Shown here: positions 36,746 through 49,589 of the stretch, piece by piece
Position numbering within the stretch: position 1 is the stretch's first letter
Layout of the letters: each line of letters begins with the position of its first letter
Assembly (NCBI RefSeq): GCF_006345805.1
Contig: NC_042998.1
Location: 22,258,001-22,322,000 of the forward strand
Direction of reading: 5' to 3'
From: Octopus sinensis
Taxonomy: Eukaryota
DNA length: 64,000 bases
Made by a program: the position numbers and the translations under genes
Notes under the pieces: model-generated
Told to the model about the DNA's origin: nothing
What the model saw: the letters and a program-made list of their open reading frames with translations, nothing else
Database searches by the model: none

Positions 36746-38654
36746 CAACAACATCATCATGCTTGTTTTGGTAGGACAGTTTGACAGGAGCCTGGTGAGC
36801 TGCAAGGCAGTGTTGAGTTCCCATGTCATCTTGAACGCCAACCAATTTACAGTGTGTGCTGAGTGCATTTTGTCTTACATGGCACCGGCTCCATGTAACT
36901 TGCAAGACAGAAAAGAACAGAGAAAAAGGAAAAGGGGAAAGCTCCCTGTGAAGGGGAAGGTGGAGGTGGGTGGCTGTATGCCAGGTGTTTAAAAGGCTAA
37001 AGTACGATAGAGGGACAAGCACAGGTGTCTTGCTAAAGAGGAGATAAAAGGCTGAAAGAGATAAAGGGAAGGGTGGTGGGAGCTAGAGTAAACTCTCAAG
37101 GAACAAAGAACAGGAAAGTGAGCATGGGTGGGGGGTAAGGACAGTGGATCATAGGAGAGGGTGAGAAAGTGGATGTTTTCATAAGAGTTTGAGGAAGGAG
37201 TAAACAGGTGGGGGTAGAGGTTGGGGTAGGGAGTGATGAGCAAGAGTGGGAGTGAAGATGATGGAAGATACCAGTATGCAGAGGGATGAGGTGGGAGATA
37301 TAGGAATTGCTCAGGAAGGAGAATGAAAGTGAAAGTAGTAGAACCATGGTAAATACTTGCCACCAAATATTAAATTACAAACACCAGCTCATGGTTAATA
37401 AATAAAATTCGTCATGAAATTGGTGACTCTCTTGCAAGGCACAAAAACCAGAAAAAAAAAAAAAAGAGAGAAGAAAAATGGGGATGTGATCATAAAATGG
37501 TTGGATGAAATTTTTTCCACAGGAAATTCATCTAAAATTTGAAATATCTAAATTATTCATAATGAATGCAAAATTAAAATTAAGGTAAACTCAATTTCCA
37601 CCATTTTTTTTTTACCCAAATCAGAATAAATTATTTTGTTTAACTGAAATATTTTTTTTTTTTTGTGTAGTTATTCAAAGAAGCAGAGAAGCATTGATTT
37701 AAGGATCACTTAATATAATTAAGTATCAAATTTATTTTTGCAGAAAAAGGGTTGATAGTGACTTCGAAGTTTTCCTGACTGCTTCCAACAGTTGAATTCA
37801 TCAGCCAACAACTCATGTACCTTGAAGTCATTACCAACCTAGTTCTACATACATAATAAAAATAACAAGGTAAAAGTTTTTATTTTTCATTTCAAGGCTG
37901 TGTAGATTTTAGAACATTTATAAATGTTCTAAAATCTACACAGCCTTGGTTTTTTATCTCATTATGGAAAAAAAAAAACTACATACACATGCTGATATAT
38001 GGCCTACATTGGACCCCTTATTTGCATAATACCAAACCTGAAACTTAACTATGGTCTATCCATAGCACTTATTCAGTATTACTTGACACCTTTGGGTCTC
38101 ACTGACACCATTACCTCTCATAACCTATATATGAAGTATAAGGACAGTAAAAGAAATTGTAGGTGTAGATGATCTTTGATTCATAATCCAGGTTGGTACA
38201 GTTCCAATATAAATTCTACAAATTGTTTCGGAGTCTAATTAATTCCAAAGACAAAAACGAAAAACTCTTCTTGAAATAAAAATTAGATTCTTCGTCAGGA
38301 ATTACATTTTCATATCAATAATTATCACCAACAAAACTATGAAAAGACCATTCATAGCCCAGACAGTTTGATAGGAGCTAACCAGCTGAAGGGTTGTTCA
38401 GGGTCCATGTCACTTTTGGCACGGTTTCTATATTTGGTAAGTTGCAAGTGCAGTTTTAGGTTTCTGCCAACCAATTCAATGATTTTACTAAGATTTGGTG
38501 TACAAGAAGTACCTGTGCTGATGAATAATTGTTCAATCGGTTTTGTGTGCACTGCACTAGCCTCATCTATTGACCCAAGAAGACTTTCACCGGTGTGACA
38601 TGAGAATTGACAAAACTAAGAACTTCCAAGGCCTCAGGTCTTATTTTATATATA

Positions 38655-38875
38655 TCATCATCATCATCATTGTTTAACATCCGTTTTCTATGCTGGCATG
38701 GGTTGGATGGTTTGATAGAAGCCGATCAGCTGAAGGGCTGTTCATGTCTGTTTTAGAAACTGTGCCAAAAGAGACATGGGCCCTGAACAGCTCTTCAGTT
38801 AGTCAGCTCCGGTTAAACTGTCCAGTCTATGCTACCATGGAAAACAGATGTTAAACAATGACGACGTTGATGATG
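38655..38875. repeat. Inverted repeat of two RTE-tail fragments (tails pointing outward)
   Basis: Left arm 38655-38744 and right arm 38784-38875 are reverse complements at roughly three-quarters identity by eye. Confidence 0.75.
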
Positions 38876-38879
38876 TATA

Positions 38880-39278
38880 CTCTCTTTACTCTTTTACTTG
38901 TTTCAGTCATTTGACTGTGGCCATGCTGGAGCACTGCCTTTATAGTCGAGCAAATCGACCCCAGGACTTATTCTTTGTAAGCCTAGTACTTATTGTATCG
39001 GTCTCTTTTGCAGAACCACTAAGTTACGGGGACATAGACACACTAGCATCGGTTGTCAAGCGATGCTGGTGGGGACAAACAGACACATACATACATATAT
39101 ATATACACATATATAACGGGCTTCTTCCAGTTTTCATCTACCAAATCCACTCAAAAGGCTTTGGTCGGCCCAAGGCTATAGTAGAAGACACTTGCCCAAG
39201 GTGCCATGCAGTGGGACTGAACCCAGGACCGTATAGTTGGTAAGCAAGCTACTTACCACACAGCCACTCCTGCGCCTA
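38880..39278 (-). mobile_element. SINE family A
   Basis: Family A motifs; a plus-strand 3' half follows at about 39395-39595. Confidence 0.88.
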
Positions 39279-40447
39279 TACATATATATATATATATATA
39301 TATATAGGTACAACATGAAAGTTCCATAACTTCTGCTTCAAATCCTTTTCAGATTACTGATACATGAGTGTGTGATACAGGAATGTGTCTTTGTGCCTGT
39401 GTTTTGTCCTCCAGTGCCACCACTGATGTTGTTTTGTTTACATCCCCCGTAACTTAGAGGTTTGCCATTAAAGACCAATAGAATAAGTATTAGGCTTACA
39501 AAAATTAAATACTGGAGTTGATTCATTTGACTAAAAATTCTTCAAGGTGGTGCCCCAGCATGGCCACAGTCTAATGACTGAAGCAAGTAAAAGATAAATG
39601 ATAAAAAAAAAAGATAAATAATAACCTTTATTTACCCCCTCCCCCGCTGCTCCCACACTGGTACTAAACAACAAAAAAATGTAGAACTCCCTCTTGTCCA
39701 ATTAGAGGGTTTGCAGCTTTGTATAATAAACAAGGGGCACATTCACCACAGCTAGTCCTTATTAAAAGATGGGCTTAAAATATTAACAGCAAGGAAATGA
39801 GACATATATAAGGAATAAGGAGTGGTTGGAGATCGCACGGTCGTTAGCCTCAAATTGCCAGGCCTGTTCGGCGTTTGTGAGAGATGCAGCACTGAGGATG
39901 AATGAAGCCAGCTCAACCCACCCCGGGTGGATGCTGTCTCAAGAGACAAGAGAAGAGACATGTAGAGTTTTTAACCTCTCTACTCCACTTCCTTTCTTTT
40001 AATACACCAGCTCAAAAACAAACAAAAATCAGACCCTACTCATATAAGACCCCTTTAACAATGGATTTAATGGAGATGTTGCATTAACCTAGTTGAATTG
40101 AAGCTCGTCGTTAATTATTACAAGTAGAATTCTCTGCGTTGTCTTGCAGCGAACGACTCCCCTTGGAATATGAACACACGAGCAGCCAAGAGTTATATAC
40201 AAGTTCACTTAATCAGTACTGAACTTCACATTTGATCACTTTCACCCTAAATGAGAGTAAACAAAGATCTTTGTTGGAAACCCCCGCTGGCTGGCTGGAA
40301 ATGAATAATTAGCTTGCGTAAAACAGAAATGGAATAAAAAATAAACAATAACGCATTATCTTGAGATATTATAGCATCTCAGATGCATAGCAATAAGTAC
40401 TTTCGCAGGTCTTTTGTTAGTGGAGATAAAAAAAAGACTATTACTCT

Positions 40448-40469
40448 TATGTTTTTCTTGCAGTGGTGA

Positions 40470-40519
<50 letters not shown>

Positions 40520-40558
40520 TCATACACATCTATCTATCGACATATATCTCTCTCTCTG

Positions 40559-40633
<75 letters not shown>

Positions 40634-40731
40634 CTATCTATCGACATATATCTCTCTCTCTGTATATGTATATATATATATATAATATATATATATATAC
40701 ATCTATCTATCGACATATATCTCTCTCTCTG

Positions 40732-40786
<55 letters not shown>

Positions 40787-40793
40787 ATGTATG

Positions 40794-40879
<86 letters not shown>

Positions 40880-40880
40880 A
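40448..40880. repeat. (TA)n microsatellite interrupted by three copies of catctatctatcgacatatatctctctctctgtatatg, then (GA)n
   Basis: Direct reading. Confidence 0.95.
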
Positions 40881-41095
40881 GGGGAGAAATAGATGTAATT
40901 TATTTATTTAGGCTTTTTTGTCTTTTTTTGGAGTTTTCTTTGTTGCTGAATTTAGATTATGGAGATATAAATGGTTTCTGGAAGTTTACGTAGGACAACA
41001 GAAGACAACATCTACTTTGCCATAAGGATAATTGATGTACAAAGTTGACAAATCTACAATTGAATTAGTACACAATTGCTCACACACATTATATA

Positions 41096-41134
<39 letters not shown>

Positions 41135-41163
41135 GCATGTAGATATAGATGTGTATGTGTATG

Positions 41164-41211
<48 letters not shown>

Positions 41212-41509
41212 ATAAGCATATGTGTGCTTGTATATACACATCATTTATTCAAAGCTGTGACTGTGTAAATTGCTATATATGCAGACTTACCTTTGAACAA
41301 AATTAATGTTATTCCAGTCTTCTAGTCTGCCCTGGTAGTATTGAGTACACTTTTTTTTTTTATTTACTTAATTGCAATTAGACCAGTGTGAAACCATTAT
41401 ACAAAACACAGAACCTGCACACACAGACAGATAGACACACACACACACACGTACGCATGCCCAATCAGAGATAATGATGTGGCTCAGTAAAAGATATTGA
41501 TAGAATAAG

Positions 41510-41684
41510 TTTCAGTCATTTGATTGTGGCCATGCTGGAGCACTGCCTTTAGTCGAGCAAATCGACCCCAGGACTTATTCTTTGGAAGCCTAGTACTTAT
41601 TCTTTCAGTCTCTTTTGCTGAACCGCTAAGTTATGGGGACATAAACACACCAGCATCGGTTGTCAAGCAATGCTAGTGGGACAA

Positions 41685-41749
<65 letters not shown>

Positions 41750-41890
41750 ATACATACGACGGGTTCTTTCAGTTTCCGTCTACCAAATCCACTCACAAGA
41801 AGACACTTGCCCAAGGTGCCACGCAGTGGGACTGAACCCAGAACCATGTGGTTAGTAAGCAAGCTACTTACCACACAGCCACTTCTACGC
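41510..41890 (-). mobile_element. SINE family A
   Basis: Family A motifs, small internal deletion. Confidence 0.88.
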
Positions 41891-42989
41891 CTAAATATTT
41901 CTGTAAATATTTCGTAAAGGATCCGTTCAGACCTCAGTGTGAAATAATTTTTTTCCTCAGGTTTTTTCAAGTTCATTCAACGTATCTGACATCCAAACTC
42001 ACCACAAGCCACAAGTTTTGTTTCGCTTTTATTTTTTCCCCACTATTCCGGGTTATTTCGCATGCTTTCAACGAATGTGACATCAAAATCACGCGTAAAC
42101 GGCTCCTTTCCCCAGAAAAGGATTTGGCTGCTATTTCTAGTACGATCTGCTACCACATCATAGCTATTTCGTACAAGGCAGGACAATAATTGCTGTAGAC
42201 CAGGGCTGAGGAAACCCCTGCTCGCGGGCACAATTGCGTCCGCGAGCATATTTTATTACGCCCGTGGGCTGATTATACTTGTATGTAAAAAATAAAGTAA
42301 ATTTTTGGATTATAAAATTTATACAATACTCGTATACCTATTTGCGACATAGGTCGGGTTTCCAATATGACTTAAAATGGTCAAACTCGAACTGAAATCA
42401 TCCGGTAATTGCCTTTTGAATGGAAATTTTGTTTTCACTATAAAACACATATTGCTATGTTTGTACCACCCCCTTGAGACCCAACTACACTTTAGCTGAG
42501 AAAACTAAAAATATATTGCATGCATCGAAATAATTTTTATATGAGACAAAAGCTGAAGGAATATAGAAGATACAGCGTAAAAATTATTCATATCCCAAAA
42601 CACCAAGTATTTAAATTTTTCCCCCTATTTCATGCTTCACGTTTTTCGAAAAAAATCTCCGAAATAGACACTCATAATCGATAAGCAAAAAATATTTTTA
42701 AAATCTATTGAAAATCAAAAACAAATTGGTAAAGCTTCGTAGAAACAGAAACTATTAATTTGGTGCTTTGTGAACAGGATTATAAAAAAATATTATTTAC
42801 CTTTTTTCTGAAGAAGCAGTGAAAAATAATGTTTTTCGAAAGGGGTGTCGTACTTTTGCTATCAGTCGGTGTCAAGAACGTCAACAGGAGTTACTGTCAT
42901 CTGCCATCGGCTTATCAGTTATCGCCCTTGCCTATCCACTCGCTTGTCAACACCTGTGCGGACAAGGAAGAAAGAAAAATCAAGTTTAC

Positions 42990-43772
42990 GAACCACATGG
43001 TTCCGGGTTCAGTCCCACTGCGTAGCACCTTGGGCAAGTGTCTTCTACTATAGCCTCGGGCCGACCAAAGTCTTGTGAGTGAATTTAGTAGACGGAAACT
43101 GAAAGAAGCCCGACATATATATGCATGTGTATCTGTGTTTGTTCCCCCCAACATCGCTTGACAACCGATGCTGGTGTGTTTACGTCCCCATAACTTAGCA
43201 GTTCGGCAAAAAAAGACTGATAGAATAAGTACTAGGCTTACAAAGAATAAGTCCTGGAGTCTATTTGCTCGACTAAAGGCGGTGCTCCAGCATGGCCGCA
43301 GTCAAATGACTGAAACAAGTAAAAGAGTAAAGAGTAAACCTTGCAGAACCAAGCAATATTCTTTTACTCTTTTTACTTGTTTCGATCATTTGACTGTGGC
43401 CATGCTGGAGCACTACCTTTAGTCGAGCAAAGCGACCCCAGGACTTATTCTTTGTAAACCTAGTACTTATTCTATCGGTCTTCCTTTTGCCGAACCGCTA
43501 TGTTATGGGGACGTAAACACACCAGCATCGGTTGTCAAGCGATGTTGGTGGTGGTGGTGGTGGTGGTGGTGGATGGGTGGGACCAAACATATCCACACTC
43601 ACACACATATATACGACGAGCTTCTTTCAGTTTCCGTCTTCCAAACCCATTCACAAGGCTTTGGTCGGCCCGAGGCTATAGTAGAAGATGCTTGCCCAAA
43701 GTGCCACATAGTGGAACTGAACCCGGAACCATGTGGTTAGTAAGCAATCTACTTCTCACATAGCCACTCCTT
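42990..43772. mobile_element. Tail-to-tail pair of SINE-A copies (+ about 42990-43335; - about 43360-43772) nested in hAT
   Basis: Family A motifs in both orientations. Confidence 0.88.
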
Positions 43773-43949
43773 AGCAGATTTTAAAAATTTTTTGCTATTT
43801 TTACAACTCTAAATGCATACATTACGACTACGTGCCAGTTGGCTTTTGTTTTTCCCAGGCAGCGGTAATAACAAAAATTCCGAAAGTGAGAATATAAATT
43901 TAACTGGTTAATAACTTTGTTAGATCAATTCTTTTAATACCTGTATCAA

Positions 43950-45320
43950 TATGGCAAGCGGTTATAAAAATCCTATAAAAAGAAGTGCTGGTGAACGTGC
44001 TTTGTTTGATGAAAAATGGACTGAGCTTTTTTTTATTATTATTATTGAAATAGATAACAACTGCATTTGTCTTATTTGCAACGAACAAGTAGCCGTTCAT
44101 AAAAAAATATAACATAGAGAAGCATTTTGTGAGTAAGCATAAGATTTATGGAAATTTGAAAGAATCTGAACGTTTTGACAAGCTAACCTCCTTGAAAGAA
44201 AATCTGACCAAAAAAATCAAACTTTTTTAAAAGGCCAGTTCTTGAAAGTTAATCAGTTACTCGAGCTAGTTATTCGGTATACGAAAATATTGCTAAAAAA
44301 CTCAAACCACATAGCGATGGTGAATTCGTGAAAGAATGTATCCTTACTTAATTTGTTTGGAAATATTAACTTATCAAGAAGAACTGTTTCTGATCGTATT
44401 AAAGATATTGTTGATGACATTCAAAATTCTTTAAAATCTGATTCAGCAGAATTCGTATTGTATTCATTAGCTATTGATGAGACAACTGATCTGTCTAATA
44501 CTGCTCAGATAGCTGGCAGAAACGTTAGCACGCCGGGCGAAATGTGTAGCCGTATTTCATCTGCCGTTACGTTATGGGTTCAAATTCCCCCGAAGTCGAC
44601 TTTGCCTTTCATCCTTTCGGGGTCGATAAATTAAGTACCAGTTACGCACTGGGGTCAACGTAATCGACTTAATCCGCTTGTCTGTCCTTGTTTGTCCCCT
44701 CTGTGTTTAGCCCCTTGTGGGTAGTAAAGAAATATAATACTGCTCAGATAGCAATATTTATACTTGCAATAACTGCAAAATTCAACATTCGGGAAGAATT
44801 TCTTGTCTGAAATCAATGCATGGAACAACTAGAGGTGAAGATTTATTTCAAATAGTCAACTCGGCCTTGAAAGATTTTGATTTGGTTTACCATCTGAAAA
44901 AATGAATGATCTTGCTACAGATGGCGCTCCATCTATGGTAGGTTGTGAAAAAGGGTTCGTAGCTCTGATTAAGAATGAATTATGTGTCTTTTGTAATTGT
45001 GTGTCCCTGCTTTAATCATGCGGAAAGTTTACGTGCAAAATCTCTCAAGATGGGCAATGTAATGAAAGTTGTAACTAAGGTCGTTAATTTGATAAAAAGC
45101 ATAGGGAATTTAAAGAATTTTTGAAAGATCTTGAAGCCGAATATGGGGATTTATTGTACCATTGTGAAGTTAAGTGGTTAAATATGGCCCAAATGCTTAA
45201 GTGATTTTATGAACCGAAGGAAGAAGGGAAATTGTTTATGGATATTAAAGGTGTTCCTATTATAGAACTGGAAGATAAAAAGTTTCAAAATGATTTAGCA
45301 TTTTTAGTAGATAATTGAAT
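43950..45320 (+). pseudogene. hAT transposase pseudogene
   Basis: FDEKWTE...CLICNEQVAVHKKYNIEKHF (BED-like), KPHSDGEFVKEC, LSRRTVSDRI, YSLAIDETTDLSNTAQIAIF, HGTTRGEDLF, ATDGAPSMVG, YGDLLYHCEVKWL, DLAFLVD; multiple stops and frameshifts. Confidence 0.9.
44514..44734 (+). mobile_element. 5'-truncated SINE family B inserted in hAT transposase, 18-bp TSD
   Basis: taatactgctcagatagc at 44496-44513 and 44735-44752; removing the insert restores DLSNTAQIAIFI. Confidence 0.95.
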
Positions 45321-46699
45321 TAAGTAAAAATTCGTCTTCGTACCAGACTTAATAACGAAAACCTGAGTAATGAACTAAGAATAGCAGTTTCTTCAAAGAC
45401 GTGATATTCTTAAACAAAGCCAAATTTTTAAGTTAAGGTTAATTAGCTTTGATAAAATTACCACCAGGATAAATTTGCATATAATACTGTTTAGATATTA
45501 ATGTAATTTTCAAAATTAAATTTGGTGTGTGCTTGACTGTTATGATTTCTCCAACATTAGGATAGGTACATTTTGGAAAATATAGAATACCTCATAAGTA
45601 ATATAAACGTCCTAAGTTCTGTAGCGGCGTTAATGAAGAAATTTTTGCCTGCCGCACTAAAAAGTCCTCCCCACCCCCGTCGTAGACATTACCACTGAAG
45701 TTTGAATTGTAGTCAGGTATGTGTGTTGCTTGTGTGTTTATCTTTAATATTTATAATCTCTAAGGCGGCGATCTGGGAAAATCGTTAGTTTACCAGACAA
45801 ATGCTTAGCAGCACTTCGTCCGCCTTTACTCTTCTGAGTTCCAATTCCGTTGAGATCGACTTTAACTTTTAGGATTTTTCTGTTTGGCTGACAATTTTTA
45901 AGTTCTTCAGTCTCTGTTCAAATTGATTTCATATTCAGTGTAATGATATAGTTTTATATGTTAATCCATGTCATGAAATTCCTTTTCGCCATAGATCAAT
46001 AAATGTTTGCAAATTTTGGTTAATTTTAGCCAATTGTAAGCCACAGATACATTGATATCTGTTTCCATAATAACAAGCCAAACATGAAAACTCCTTTGTC
46101 TGCGAGATAGGACGTGTTGACAAATATAGTCTGTGTGAAATGTTCCCATTTCTCTGAAAAAAGTGAAATACCTCCTGAGATTTAGCTTAGAAAACTACAT
46201 TAATACACCAAATTTTCAATAAACTTTGAAATTTACACAGCTACAGCTCTATCTTTCGGGGTCGATAAAATAAGAACCAACTGAGCCCTGGGGTCAATGC
46301 AATTGCCTTACTCCTCCCCCCAAATTTCTGGCCTTGTACTAAAATTTGAAACTAATATTATTAATCTTCTATTTTGTTTTTTGTTGTGGTCGTGGAATTC
46401 TGAACACTATTGTTGTATTGGCCATTAATGTTTTCCTCCCTAATTATATGCGTTGTGATGTGTACTGTGATGCATTGAAATTACTCTTTCTTGGTCTTGA
46501 GATGTTGATTATGGGCTTAGGAATATTATTGTTTCAAACAAACAGCAGGAATCACACGCAAAAATTATGATAAACAAACTTGATAAAAAGTCAACAAAGA
46601 ACGTACTTATGTTTTCGAAACGTTAAGAAAGAAAGAAATGCTGTTCTCCACTTTACGGTTTTGCTTTTTGCGTGGCACAAAATATAGAATTATTCTTTT

Positions 46700-46901
46700 A
46701 TTCTTTTATTTATATATGTGGTTATGCTGGAGCACTGCCTTTAGTCGAACAAATCGACCCCAGGACTTATTCTGTGTAAGCCTAGTACTTATTCTATCGG
46801 TCTCCTTTTGCCGAACCACTTAGTGACGGGGACGTAAACATACCAGCATCGGTTATCAAGCGATAGTGGGGGCCAAACACAGACACACAAATACACACAC
46901 A

Positions 46902-46952
<51 letters not shown>

Positions 46953-47130
46953 GCGCGCGCGTAGATATATACGACGGGCCTATTTCAGTTTCCGTCTACT
47001 AAATCCACTCACAAAGGCTTTGGTCGACCGAGGCTATAGTAGAAGACACTTGACCAAAGTGTCACGTAGCAGGAGTGAACCCGGAACCATGTGGTTGAGA
47101 AGCAAGTTTCTTATCACACAGCCACTCCGT
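46700..47130 (-). mobile_element. SINE family A
   Basis: Family A motifs. Confidence 0.85.
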
Positions 47131-47964
47131 TCAATAAGAAAATTCTCTTTGGAGCGTGTAGAGCTGAAATAAAACAAAAACCAACCATACTTATCCACAC
47201 CCGAAGAGCTGAGCTCTCTCATGCCGCACGAAATGCGAACAATGAAAAGAATAGATACGAATACACGATAAAGAAATGTTGAAATTCCACACGGGAAAAA
47301 TCTGTTGTAAAATATTCGTAAGGAAGGCGTAACGTGTGTTTAAGCTTAAAAAAAAGAGACCCCTTTCGGTCATGAGTGACCATGGGATGCACCTAGACAG
47401 TTCCCTTCCGAGGCACAAGTCCGGGCAAGATTGTTTGTGGAAGGTTAGCAGTCGCCCATGCGTGCCAATCTCCCCTCTCCACGCCACTGTTGTTGTCTAA
47501 TGGAAAGGCAAAGGCCGATATAGTTTGGCACCAATGATACCGCAACACATTTCTACAGTTGAATGAACTGGAGTAACACGAAATAAAATATCTTGCTCAA
47601 GAACACAACACACTCCCCAGTCTGGGAATCGAACTCACTGCTTCATGGTTGTAAGCCCGACGCTCTAATCACTGCTGTGCGTTGCAGCAACGAAAGACTT
47701 CTACGCAAACGGAGCTAGCAAAATCAGACTAGAAAAAAATAGCGCTAGATACGACTTTCGGATTCTGCAGACCCGAAAATAACAATAAAATGGAAACCTA
47801 GACACTTTCAAAAAAGATTCCCTTAGTTCAATAAAGATTATGGAATTTAAAGGTAGAAAGAAATTCTAATATTGAATACACTCGAGTTTAGAAACAATTA
47901 AATCCCACCGAAGTTATTCATATTTGCCGAACTACACGAAGAACCATTTACGCATACAAAAGCG

Positions 47965-48628
47965 GGATCTTTACCTTTTGACCTACACATTTAAAAAATA
48001 ATCTTTTGTAACTAAACACTTTCAAATTTCAGACACTGGTAGAATGTGTCATATAAAATATCTTTTACTCTTAGCATTTTTGAGAAAAACTTATATTTAC
48101 GAAGTTATTTCACGTTAAAGTTGTCCTATTTCGGTAATTTCAACCAACCAATGACGTGTATTCAGCTGAATAAAATTACTGCTGTTATTTGTCAACAAGA
48201 ACTTACGGCGGTGTATATTTCGTTTGTCACTGTTATTTATGACAACCCTCACTCCCGAACCCTAAAACCTTAACCCTAACTGTAACCCTTAAACCCTAAC
48301 CCTTACCCTAAAACCTTAAAGCTAAAACGAGTACAAACGCACGAACGATGTCATAAATAACAGTGACAAAAGAAAAATACACCGCCGGAAGTTCTTGTTG
48401 ACAAACAACGGCAGTAATTTTATTCAGCTGAATACACGCCATTGATTGGTTGCTATTACCGAAATATGAGAACTTTAACGTGAAATAACTTCGTAAATAT
48501 AAGTTTTTCTCAAAAATGCTAAGAGTAAAACATGTTTTATATGACACATTCTACCAGTGTCCGAAGTTTGAAAGTGTTTAGTTACAAAAAATTATCTTTT
48601 AAATCTGTCGGTTAAAAGGTGAAGATCC
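47965..48628. mobile_element. Foldback MITE, about 280-bp TIRs, 8-bp TSD (Merlin-like), telomere-like spacer
   Basis: GGATCT...AGATCC termini; arms 47965-48244 and 48349-48628; TSD caaaagcg at 47957-47964 and 48629-48636; degenerate CCCTAA repeats in spacer. Confidence 0.88.
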
Positions 48629-48699
48629 CAAAAGCGTCCAACACAATAGCATTGCAAATTCCCACAATAACCCAGAAGCACAATTAATCCTTTCTGCTA

Positions 48700-49293
48700 T
48701 AGGTACAATACCTAAAAGTTGGTGAAGGAGGTAAGACGATTACATCGACCCCAGGACGTAACTGGTACTTATTTTATCGAACCCGAAAGAATGAAAGGCA
48801 AAGTCGACCTCGGCGGAATTTGAACTCAGAACGTAAAGACAGATGAAATACTTATTTATTTACTACCCACAAGGGGTTAAACACAGAAAGGACAAACAAG
48901 GACAGATAAACGGATTAAGTCGATTATATCGACCCCAGTGCGTAATTGGTACTTAATTTATCGACCCCAGAAGGATGAAAAGCAAAGTCGACCTCGGTGG
49001 AATTTGAACTCACAACGTAGCGGCAGACCGCTCAGCATTTCGCCCGGCGTCCTAACGTTTCTTATTTCTTTATTGCCCACAAGGGGCTAAACATAAGGGG
49101 ACAAAAAAGGACAGAGAAAGAGTTTAAGTCGATTACATCGACCCCAGTGTGTAACTGGTACTTATTTTATCGACCCCGAAAGAATGAAAAGCAAAGTCGA
49201 CCTCGGCGGAATTTGAACTCATAACTTAGCGACGGGCGAAATACTGCTAAGCATTTCTCCCGGCGTGCTAACAACTTTGCCAGTTCACCATCT
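48700..49293 (-). mobile_element. SINE family B trimer
   Basis: Three body modules with junctions near 48850 and 49060. Confidence 0.85.
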
Positions 49294-49589
49294 TGCGGAA
49301 CCACGGTTAATAACCACTGAAGATTAACGTTCATGACAGACTTAAGTTCCTCGTCAAAAGATAATCTCAGTTTTTATTACATTGAAGGCCTACAAAACAA
49401 CTTCTAGAACTTTCTTAAATTGTAACTCATTGATTCCACTCGAAATGATTTCGAAATACTTAATAAAACGTCTTTAGGTAGAATATACGCTGACATGAAG
49501 CATTCTGCGTATTCGAGGGTTATCAAATGGTTCAAATATGTTTGTTCAGTTAAGAAAAGCAGAACGGGCGATTTGAATATTCATTTGGG

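Larger units (their letters stand above)
42201..45679 (+). mobile_element. Degraded hAT transposon (Buster/SPIN/GTF2IRD2-like), about 3.5 kb including nested SINEs
   Basis: Left end cagggctgaggaaacccctgctcgcgggc; right end aaaaagtcctccccacccccg; 8-bp TSD ctgtagac (42193-42200) / tcgtagac (45680-45687). Confidence 0.75.

Noticed and set aside
36307-37022. Long His-, Met- and Asp-rich ORFs
   Set aside because: Translations of a (CAT)n microsatellite open in several frames on both strands; no splice or domain evidence
39752-40087. Short ORFs in mildly CpG-rich unique sequence, with a CERC motif in one frame
   Set aside because: No recognisable domain or consistent splice sites; may be a LINE remnant but cannot be supported
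40414-41306. ORFs up to 176 aa of YI/IY repeats
   Set aside because: (TA)n microsatellite translations; the same applies to ORFs at 22504-22946, 30170-30583 and 60430-60996
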